Positions 10,633 through 18,967 of a DNA stretch of 64,000 nt are shown here, in pieces. How positions within the stretch are numbered: position 1 is the first letter of the stretch; every line of letters starts with the position of its first letter. The stretch is taken from NCBI GenBank assembly GCA_016873735.1, contig VGWD01000004.1:29798-93797 (forward strand), written 5' to 3'. Under the pieces are notes generated by a model. It ran no database searches and was not told the origin of the DNA. It saw only the letters and a list, made by a program, of their open reading frames with translations. Source of the stretch: Ignavibacteria bacterium (GTDB taxonomy: Bacteria > Bacteroidota > Ignavibacteria > Kapaibacteriales > UBA961). A program made the position numbers and the translations under genes.

Positions 10633-10661
10633 GGATCGGCCCCCTCTCGGGAGGCCTACCC
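10633..10661 (-). promoter_or_regulatory. GC-rich intergenic stem-loop with no U-tract
   Basis: mRNA reads GGGTAGGCCTCC-CGAGA-GGGGGCCGATCC, between the stop of the 2392-aa gene and the RBS of the next gene. Confidence 0.5.
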
Positions 10662-10672
10662 AAGTATTAAAC

Positions 10673-13600
10673 TTATCTTGCTACTACTACATTTCTGATG
10701 ACTACATCATTTCCAATTGTCAACTTAACAGTATAGACGCCGGGGGCAACAGGTGAACCATTGCTGTATCTTGTATTCCAAGAAACATTGGATGTTCCAA
10801 CACCGAGGTCTGCATTGAATGTGTTGACAATATTTCCGAGAAGGTCAAACACTTGAACAGATACATTCTCTCTTGAAGAGGTGATTGCAAAGTTCACTGT
10901 TTCATTTGCCGGATTTGGATTTGCTTCTGATACCAAAGACTGACCCATCACTGAAGTTGGTTGATCTTCATTTACATTACTTGCATGATCATAAAGAATC
11001 ACGAAAGAATTGATGAAGTCAGGCTTGATTGTAATCTTGAAGTCATCGCCTGTTGCTTCTGCATCGATCAAGGCGTTTTTCTTACCTGTACCGGTTGCCA
11101 TGTCATACTGGAAGTAGTCGAATGAACCACCATCCATAATTCTCCATGAACCACCGCTTGGATTGCGTCTTGAATCAGTGCGTGAAGGAACAGTAGACAT
11201 CTTCCATGTCAAGGTAATCGGTGTTGCCGGAGATGTGTTTCCGAGCTCCGCACCTGACTGGAAGCGTGCTTTATACATTGTAGTTGACTTATCACCACTT
11301 ACCGCTGTCGGGAAGATATTGCGATGAATACCATTTGTTTTGATGATCGTCCAGCGAGCATCGAAAACATCCGTTGGTGGGAATGGAGGAAGTTCAAATT
11401 CACAATAATTTGCATCAAGTTTGCCTGCATCTGGTTCTTTTTCACCGGTTGTAGCATTTCTTGCTGTACCGAATGAAAGATCCTGATATGCACCTGCATT
11501 GTTTTGAACACGAATTATTGTCACAAAATCAGTTACATCAGAAACATTCACTTTGAATGTGTAGTAAGTTTGATCTGTGCCATCATCTGCTTTGATACGG
11601 ATAGTTACTTTACCATCTGTGATCAAGTTTGAAGGTATGTTCAAAGGACCATTTGACTTGATTGTAATCTTATTGTTAAGCGCTGCTGCTGAATCAGGTT
11701 TTGAACCATTGATAACTGATGGCTCAAGTGTCAAATTGCCGATCGGAGGATCGATTGAAACTGTAATTGATTCTTTTGCTTCACTTGGAGTCTCACGAAG
11801 CAAATCAATATCACCAACCATGATCGAATCTTCATAAGATTCACCATTCGCGATGCAACGAATTGCAGGGGATGTAATGGTTCTTGGTTTATGATTTGTT
11901 TCTTCTACTTCAAGATTGATAACGCGAAGGTCTGTCAATCCACCTGCATCGGTGATGAGAACTGTTACCTTCTCTGCACCTGCTCCGATCCGTGGAGCAT
12001 CTTTAACGCCGGGTGTACCATAGAGAAGACCGCTCTTAGGATTGATCTTCAACCATTTTGGTGTTGTTTTGACATTTGTTAGATCCCATACACCTGCTTC
12101 CGCAAAACATGGATCCTTAGGAACTGATGGTCTTGCTTCATCTGTATAAATCAGTTCGAATGTTTGTGTCTGACCGAAGTTAGGATCAAAGTATTCGATT
12201 CTCTTTGTGAAGTCCAACAATGCAGGATTGTAATCCAAATCTTCTTTCGCTTTTGGCAGACTTGTTGTTCTGATTTCCGGCGAAACATTGATAAAGATAC
12301 GCTTAGTCAAATATGACACACCGCTATGGCCATCATTTACAACGATTGTGATTGTAGTGTCTGTATTCAATCCACCGTTTACTCTTGCTACAGCATCTTT
12401 TGGTGTGAGCATTGTAATTGCTTGAGCTCTTTGAACTCTTGCATTTAAATGACCCAATGTCGTAAAGTCAAAACCAAATGAACTTGGTTGACCTGTTGCT
12501 GTAAACAAATATGAATCTGCCATCCAGGATGGTTTGGTTTGTGACAATTCATCTGTCGCTAAATCATCGCTTGGACGAATTGCTTTTGATTCAAATGAGT
12601 ATGATGTGCGACCGTAACGGAAGTCCCAGCCTTCTGCAATAGATGCTAGATCTTCTGCTTCGTCATCTGTTTCAAAGTCAACGAAGAATCTCAATGAGTC
12701 TGTTACGTTTGCTACGAATAAGTTTTGGCTAGCACCTGCTGCAGCACATGTAGCACTTGTAAGCAATGTTGGTTTGAATACCGGAGCACTGTCAATCACA
12801 TGGATTGAGAAGCGATAGGTAATTCTTGTTGCATTGCCAAAGTCTACTGTATCCTGATTTGCAAAACGTGCATTTTCAGAATCATATGATTGTGCATGAT
12901 AATATGATGGGTACAAGTATATGAACTTGGATACTACATTCTTTGTGAATGCTGCTTCTAGTTCTGCACCTGACAATGATGTTCCCATCAATGCATTCTT
13001 TGCTGCATCGGTAAGATTCAATGCTCTGATTGCATCTGTACCTCTGAAGTTAGGTGCCCAGTTTTGTGCTGTAACTTGTACATATTCACCACCTGGTACC
13101 ACATATGGATTCGATGGCTTACCGAACAATGCGATACGGCCTGTTGCACCATAATATGGATGTGTATTTGCAAGTTCATTTGTCCATACAGTATCTGCTT
13201 TCAACCAACGGCGAATACCTGTAAGTTTTGTATTTGGATCTGTATCAGGTGTAAATGTTCCATTTCCATTTAGGAATAATGGTGTCCATGTGTACTCGAG
13301 TTGTGTGAAGATATTATTATCTATATTTCTCAAGTTCATTGCCCAACGTGGATCATACATCTTGTTTGAGTCAATAGCTGTGATAACAAAGATTGTATCA
13401 CGACCGATTTTTTGACCTGCTGTAGATGCACGGTTATAGCTTATATCTTCATTAACAAAAACTTTGTCTTTGAACGATGTGAAGAACAATGGATTAACAT
13501 TTGGATTAGCAACGCTTACTGCACTTCCTGTCCAAACCGGACCTGGAACTGAACCGTTGATGCGGAATGAGATACCTTTGTTGATAGCTTCATTCACTCC

Positions 13601-16600
13601 TTCTCTCCAAAGAACTGAACGTGAAACAACACGAATATAGTCGCCTGGGCGGACAGGCAATGAGTTGTAGTTTTCACCAGCATAATATGTTACTGCACCG
13701 TTTGGAATGGAAGCAGGCAATGATGCGCGGTTGACATACGTTACTCTGTCTCCACCATAATTATGTGTTCTGTCATCATCAAGTTGCATTTCCCATCTTC
13801 TGCTTCCAAGAGCTGCACTGTCTTCTGAAACAGGATTGTCAGCAATGAAAGGAAGAAGTGAATTTGTTCCACCATAGTTTACCAAACCTTCATAGAAGCG
13901 GCGAACGCGTGATGTTGTACCTGTTCTTTCTGCTGAGTCAGCAACAAAATCAACACGACCACGGAGATATTCACGAGGATATGCACCGTCATTGTCTGTT
14001 GTTTGTTCATCTGTCATCTGCTTCATGTTGACACGTACATAATCACCGGTAGAGTCATTGATAACAAAGAATACTGATTCATTCAATACCAATGGATCAT
14101 CGTTATTTGTGTTGATGTCTTCACCATTATACTGAGCTCTCGACTCAAGGAACAATGGATATCCAATTGGATGTGTGAATTCGCCTGTTCTGTGATCGAT
14201 TGCAAATTCACCTTGAAGCTTGCGCAATTCTTTCCAAAGAAGATTCACACCACCATTTTCATAATTGGCAGAATCTGTCGCAAATGGATCGCGAAGCATT
14301 CTACGAACTACTTTTCCTGATGATTGAGTAGCACTCAAAGGATATGATCTGAGTTTTGGAGGAATACCAACTGCAAAGTCTTCAATTGGTGATCTTCTAC
14401 GAACTGAATAATCTGCTGTCTTGATGTCTGTCCCTTTATCGAACATGTCATATACCATACCTGACATCAACAATGTATCAGGTATGTCAGTGGCTTTGAT
14501 TGGCTTATAATTATAATCCAATCCTGGTCGACCTTGTGAGTTTGTCGCATTGTAAACGAAAGGACCTTGCTGGGTTGACTGTTCATCTGTATATGATGCT
14601 CTATTTATAAAGCGAAGATGCGTATTACCATTTCCGCGTACAAAGAATGTTTCTTGTATCGCACCATTTGCAAAGCCTGGCTGAGCAGTTGGAAGGATTG
14701 TTGAAACATTTGCTTCAGTGCGGCCCCAGTAATTACCACGGAGTGTATCAACTCCACCATTACCGGTACCATAACCACCTGCCAATACACCTTTTGTATT
14801 TGGTGCATCAGGAAGACGAATCAAGAAACGTGCATCATTGCTATGAATAGCATTACCTGCTTCATGATAGCTTCTGAAAGGAATTGGACCAACGATTTCA
14901 CCATAAAGAACTGCACCTGCGAGATCGCTTGATGCTAGATTCTTCCCAGATACAAGTGGACCTTCAATAAGATTTTGCGATCTTCCAATCTTAGAATGAG
15001 CAACGTTTCCTGTGATTAATGAGTGTTTGAAAACAAGTGCCAGTGCATAGTTGTCAGAGTAAACGGCCGCACCGGTAAATGCTTGATTGTTCTGAATACG
15101 AACGCGGTTGAACAAGATGGTATCTTTTCTGAAGAATCTATCTTTTACAACACTGTCGAGGATATAAATCGCACCACCAAGACCAATACCGTTTTCACGA
15201 AGTCCAGAAGGTGAAGGATTTGTGACATAACCTGGATGATAGCGCTTGACATCAATTATGTTTTCGCCGATTTGCGATGTACCTGAACCCATCAAACGTT
15301 CATCAGGATTGATATCTGCATTATTATTAATGAATCTTGTCAACATACGTACATCTGCAGGTACTGCAGCAACTTTTTTGTTGTTGAACATTGAATCATT
15401 TGAAACAAATGTTCCAATTTTGATTGTTCCATCTGCTTCAACTGTAAAGTTATCAGCATCTGAAATAAACATGCGGTCAGATGATGTCAATGGATTGATC
15501 ATTGCAATCGCTCCACCTGAACCATTGATAACACTATTGTTTTCGAACAATGTACCTTTAACAAGGTTGAGATCAGCATTCAATGAATATAGAGCTCCAC
15601 CGCCACGTACAAACTTCTTTTCTTCTACTGTAGGGTTGATGCCGATCGCACCTACACTATTATTGCGGAAATCACTACGTACGATTCTTACAACTCTCTG
15701 CCATGCCGGAACAGGTGGCTCAATGCTTGGCAAATGAATTGCAATCGCTCCACCGGAGAATCCTGCGGTGTTTCTGAGATAGTTGATGCTGAATCCTGGT
15801 CCATATGATTGTGCCAAAGGCAAGTCATTAATGAAACCACCGGCGCCATATGAAGTCATGTTACGCTTTGTATAAATTGCACCACCATGAGCGATAGCTT
15901 TATTGTCTTCGAAATCAATTCTACGACCATAATCTCTGATTCTAGGGAATCTTGAGTCAGAACCACCAACGATTGGTGAAGGACGTGGATCGGTATTACC
16001 ATCAACATAGATAGCTCCACCTGAACTCGCTCTATTGTTCTTGAATTTTGTTCCCTGAACTGAGCTACCGCGGATCTGCAAACGACCATAAGTATTCTCA
16101 TGGAAGATAGCTCCACCCAATGCATAATCTGCATTGTTTTTTGGAGACAAGAATGGTGTTTCCGCTGAGTTGTTTTCAAACTCACCATTGATGACCATTG
16201 ATGTAAATGCACCAATGTACAATCCACCACCACGAGCACCGCGTGAACTTAATCTATCTTGAAGATTCAAAACTTTGTTGTTAACGAACTTTACATAGTC
16301 TTTCTCACCAAAACGGATTTTATCATTCAAAGGATTTAGTGTATTGATACGAATTGAGTCGTTTACACCAAGACCAATTTCGAGTCTTCTGTATTCATCA
16401 TCAAAACGTCCACCAATATACATAGCGCCACCCCATGCCTGGTTTTTCCAGTCTGTGGGTTGTCCATCTGTTGAATCTACTTTTACTCTTTTGACTGTAT
16501 TATCGGCAAGAATTTGACGTCCACCAACTGTCACTGTATCTACATAAGCAACAAGTGTGCGGTTATTGTCAAATGTTAAACGACGAATACGGCCAAGATA

Positions 16601-17791
16601 AACCGCGATACGTGGATCGTCTACTGATTGACGACGTGCATCATTTCTTGAAACCAATGGCTCACTTGAAGGAGCGCCATCTGTGTCAAGCATGTCCAAA
16701 ACAACAATGCTGTCATTCTCACGAACAACAGATCCATCAGCATTTGTGATGTTAGGATTTTTGTCTGATTGATAGAATGTCAAACCCAAACCTGCTGTAT
16801 CCGGATATGTACCTCTTCCATAAGGTGCCTGCACCATTTGAAGAGCTCCTCCACGGAAACGAGCCATATTGTTTAGGAATCTACAGTCAACCAACCATGT
16901 ACGAACGGAGAATGATGTCAATGCACCACCAGATCCATTTGTCCACTTGAGTGTTTCTTTGTTCAAGACGATTGTGGAGTTTTTCAAAGCACCGGACAAA
17001 CCGAGTGTATCATAGTAGAAACGATTGTCTACTGTGGTATCCTTACGGAAATCTTTGAAAGCCACATTTCTAAAATATGCTGCACGAGCGCCCGGCAATA
17101 CAATGATATGTCCCCATTCACGAGAATAATCATTCACAGCTTGACCGCGGAAAACGATCTCTGACCGTGTGATGTTAGGTGAGTTTCCGCCTTTTCTCTT
17201 CCAAGGTTGGAAGCGAACGACATCATCGTTCTCGAACAAGCGTGATGCCATGAACATGATGGCGCGCTCTGGAGAGATAACGCGACCACCTGCAATTGCT
17301 CCCCTTTCCGGAGTATCATTGGTATTGCTCAAATTCGAAACCCCGGTTACATTACCAGATGCATTCTCATTTAGTGTCACGTTAAAAATCACATTGCGCT
17401 TACCATCCGCAATGCTCAACTCTGGTTTTGTGCCGATTGAAACAACACTATTACCCGTGTAATATGGGCTGTCGTTAAAATCAACACCTACCGCTGGAGC
17501 CACAGGGTTGTATGTGGCCGACATATCACCGTCGGCAATGATACGGCCACCGACAGAGTCGATCATCCTTCCATTGTCCAAAAACACAACTTCAGTTCCC
17601 GGCTCAATAAGCAGTGTACCGGCAATCATAAGAGTACCGTTGATCTGATAAATAGAGTCCTTCAAGAAGATGCGCACATCATTCGGCGCAATTCTTCCGG
17701 AAACTTGTACGCGCGGCTTTTGCGCATAACTGGTGCCAGCCATAAGCAATAAAGCGAATAGCATGGTACCCAGACGAAGCAAACGTCGCAT
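10673..17791 (-). CDS. Giant T9SS-secreted surface protein: parallel beta-helix (GGA-I/FxxN repeats), He_PIG/cadherin-like Ig domains, CTD
   Basis: Start MRRLLRLG (GGAGG RBS); signal peptide; many GGAL/GGAI(Y/F) and FxNN repeats; TTSLPKAKEDLDY..PKWLKINPKSGLLYGTP; CTD NPNPAN..FDLLG..APGVYTVKL. Confidence 0.82.
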   Translation of the reverse strand: MRRLLRLGTMLFALLLMAGTSYAQKPRVQVSGRIAPNDVRIFLKDSIYQINGTLMIAGTLLIEPGTEVVFLDNGRMIDSVGGRIIADGDMSATYNPVAPAVGVDFNDSPYYTGNSVVSIGTKPELSIADGKRNVIFNVTLNENASGNVTGVSNLSNTNDTPERGAIAGGRVISPERAIMFMASRLFENDDVVRFQPWKRKGGNSPNITRSEIVFRGQAVNDYSREWGHIIVLPGARAAYFRNVAFKDFRKDTTVDNRFYYDTLGLSGALKNSTIVLNKETLKWTNGSGGALTSFSVRTWLVDCRFLNNMARFRGGALQMVQAPYGRGTYPDTAGLGLTFYQSDKNPNITNADGSVVRENDSIVVLDMLDTDGAPSSEPLVSRNDARRQSVDDPRIAVYLGRIRRLTFDNNRTLVAYVDTVTVGGRQILADNTVKRVKVDSTDGQPTDWKNQAWGGAMYIGGRFDDEYRRLEIGLGVNDSIRINTLNPLNDKIRFGEKDYVKFVNNKVLNLQDRLSSRGARGGGLYIGAFTSMVINGEFENNSAETPFLSPKNNADYALGGAIFHENTYGRLQIRGSSVQGTKFKNNRASSGGAIYVDGNTDPRPSPIVGGSDSRFPRIRDYGRRIDFEDNKAIAHGGAIYTKRNMTSYGAGGFINDLPLAQSYGPGFSINYLRNTAGFSGGAIAIHLPSIEPPVPAWQRVVRIVRSDFRNNSVGAIGINPTVEEKKFVRGGGALYSLNADLNLVKGTLFENNSVINGSGGAIAMINPLTSSDRMFISDADNFTVEADGTIKIGTFVSNDSMFNNKKVAAVPADVRMLTRFINNNADINPDERLMGSGTSQIGENIIDVKRYHPGYVTNPSPSGLRENGIGLGGAIYILDSVVKDRFFRKDTILFNRVRIQNNQAFTGAAVYSDNYALALVFKHSLITGNVAHSKIGRSQNLIEGPLVSGKNLASSDLAGAVLYGEIVGPIPFRSYHEAGNAIHSNDARFLIRLPDAPNTKGVLAGGYGTGNGGVDTLRGNYWGRTEANVSTILPTAQPGFANGAIQETFFVRGNGNTHLRFINRASYTDEQSTQQGPFVYNATNSQGRPGLDYNYKPIKATDIPDTLLMSGMVYDMFDKGTDIKTADYSVRRRSPIEDFAVGIPPKLRSYPLSATQSSGKVVRRMLRDPFATDSANYENGGVNLLWKELRKLQGEFAIDHRTGEFTHPIGYPLFLESRAQYNGEDINTNNDDPLVLNESVFFVINDSTGDYVRVNMKQMTDEQTTDNDGAYPREYLRGRVDFVADSAERTGTTSRVRRFYEGLVNYGGTNSLLPFIADNPVSEDSAALGSRRWEMQLDDDRTHNYGGDRVTYVNRASLPASIPNGAVTYYAGENYNSLPVRPGDYIRVVSRSVLWREGVNEAINKGISFRINGSVPGPVWTGSAVSVANPNVNPLFFTSFKDKVFVNEDISYNRASTAGQKIGRDTIFVITAIDSNKMYDPRWAMNLRNIDNNIFTQLEYTWTPLFLNGNGTFTPDTDPNTKLTGIRRWLKADTVWTNELANTHPYYGATGRIALFGKPSNPYVVPGGEYVQVTAQNWAPNFRGTDAIRALNLTDAAKNALMGTSLSGAELEAAFTKNVVSKFIYLYPSYYHAQSYDSENARFANQDTVDFGNATRITYRFSIHVIDSAPVFKPTLLTSATCAAAGASQNLFVANVTDSLRFFVDFETDDEAEDLASIAEGWDFRYGRTSYSFESKAIRPSDDLATDELSQTKPSWMADSYLFTATGQPSSFGFDFTTLGHLNARVQRAQAITMLTPKDAVARVNGGLNTDTTITIVVNDGHSGVSYLTKRIFINVSPEIRTTSLPKAKEDLDYNPALLDFTKRIEYFDPNFGQTQTFELIYTDEARPSVPKDPCFAEAGVWDLTNVKTTPKWLKINPKSGLLYGTPGVKDAPRIGAGAEKVTVLITDAGGLTDLRVINLEVEETNHKPRTITSPAIRCIANGESYEDSIMVGDIDLLRETPSEAKESITVSIDPPIGNLTLEPSVINGSKPDSAAALNNKITIKSNGPLNIPSNLITDGKVTIRIKADDGTDQTYYTFKVNVSDVTDFVTIIRVQNNAGAYQDLSFGTARNATTGEKEPDAGKLDANYCEFELPPFPPTDVFDARWTIIKTNGIHRNIFPTAVSGDKSTTMYKARFQSGAELGNTSPATPITLTWKMSTVPSRTDSRRNPSGGSWRIMDGGSFDYFQYDMATGTGKKNALIDAEATGDDFKITIKPDFINSFVILYDHASNVNEDQPTSVMGQSLVSEANPNPANETVNFAITSSRENVSVQVFDLLGNIVNTFNADLGVGTSNVSWNTRYSNGSPVAPGVYTVKLTIGNDVVIRNVVVAR

Positions 17792-17890
17792 AATACCTCC
17801 GTTTGTTAAATAATACTTTAAAACTGTATTGTATTTGTCATTTTTTGTCATAATTCAATCGTATAGACACTAATATCAGGTTAATTTAAA

Positions 17891-18616
17891 TCAATTTTCG
17901 TGCCAACCAAGGCGGGCCAAGCCCATTTTTGCCTCATTGGTATAATCAGAGCCGGAATTCTTTGCAACAAGACCCTTCATGACTGTTATTGCTTTTTCTT
18001 TTGCAGTGCCCGAACCACCGGCCGATGCCTTCTCATAGTTCAAAGCCGCGAACAATGCATAACGCTCATATAATGGACTATCTTTTGCACCTGCAGCAGC
18101 TTCATATAATGTAGCTGCTTCTTCATAATTCTTCATTTCTTCATTGCATGCTGCCAATCCTGCCTTTCCACCTGCGCTGACAGTTTGATCGTCGCTTCCG
18201 GCCGCAGATTCAAAATATGGCATTGCTTCGGAATATTTGCCAATATTCAAAAGTGAAGTGCCTGCATACAAAGCAGAGAATGCACCTGCAGGCGTACCAC
18301 CATATTCACTCACGATTGCCTTCAATCCTATGACCTTTCCACCACGAATTGAACGAGCAGGATCGCCATCCAGAGCTTTTTGGAATTGACCAGTCTCATA
18401 ATACGATGATATTCTAGACAGTGCAGTCATGGCTTCTTCATTCGTTGTTTCCTGCATTCCGGAATAAAAATAATATCCGAAACCTATCGCAAGAATACCC
18501 ACCAACACATATCCAAACATCTTAAGCTTGGCAATCAATGCATCTTGCTCAGGAATTTCTTCTCTCACATTCCAACCATTTTCGGTTGTTTCGATTGTTG
18601 ATTCAATTTCTGACAT
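17891..18616 (-). CDS. Membrane-anchored tetratricopeptide repeat protein (YfgM-like)
   Basis: Single N-terminal TM helix followed by TPR-like helices (YAGTSLLNIGKYSEAMPYFE, LAACNEEMKNYEEAATLYE). Confidence 0.75.
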   Translation of the reverse strand: MSEIESTIETTENGWNVREEIPEQDALIAKLKMFGYVLVGILAIGFGYYFYSGMQETTNEEAMTALSRISSYYETGQFQKALDGDPARSIRGGKVIGLKAIVSEYGGTPAGAFSALYAGTSLLNIGKYSEAMPYFESAAGSDDQTVSAGGKAGLAACNEEMKNYEEAATLYEAAAGAKDSPLYERYALFAALNYEKASAGGSGTAKEKAITVMKGLVAKNSGSDYTNEAKMGLARLGWHEN

Positions 18617-18651
18617 AATATCGTAAAGCTTTTGAATTCATATTGTTACTG

Positions 18652-18725
18652 CGCGCCCGAAGGGAGTCGAACCCCTAACCTTTGGAACCGGAATCCAATG
18701 CTCTATCCGGTTGAGCTACGAGCGC
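18652..18725 (-). tRNA. tRNA-Arg(CCG)
   Basis: Reverse complement GCGCTCGTAGCTCAACCGGATAGAGCATTGGATTCCGGTTCCAAAGGTTAGGGGTTCGACTCCCTTCGGGCGCG folds as a cloverleaf; anticodon CCG; TTCGA T-loop; CCA not encoded. Confidence 0.96.
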
Positions 18726-18755
18726 AACATACTAAACAGACTCCTAGTAGTCGGG

Positions 18756-18763
18756 CAAATATA
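18756..18763 (-). promoter_or_regulatory. Sigma70 -7 element TATATTTG upstream of tRNA-Arg
   Basis: Exact TAnnTTTG 30 nt upstream of the tRNA 5' end. Confidence 0.55.
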
Positions 18764-18917
18764 TGTTTTTTGGTGGATAATACAACGAAATTTAATGCAG
18801 CAAGTTTTGAGTTGTGATTTCACCCTGAAAAAAATGTTGATTGTGGAAAAAAGTGTCAGATTTATTTCACAGTGTGAGATACCTTTCCCTATTCCTTCAT
18901 CACATCTTCTTTAGACG

Positions 18918-18950
18918 AAAAAAGCCCGACCCAATTAAAAGACAGGCTTT
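18918..18950 (-). terminator. Rho-independent terminator after the E1 gene
   Basis: Minus strand AAAGCCTG...CGGGCTTTTTT. Confidence 0.55.
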
Positions 18951-18967
18951 ACTATATGGCTTTTTCT

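Noticed and set aside
18652-18725. tRNA-Arg as an island integration site
   Set aside because: No duplicated tRNA 3' end or integrase seen in the window; the flanking genes look like core genes.
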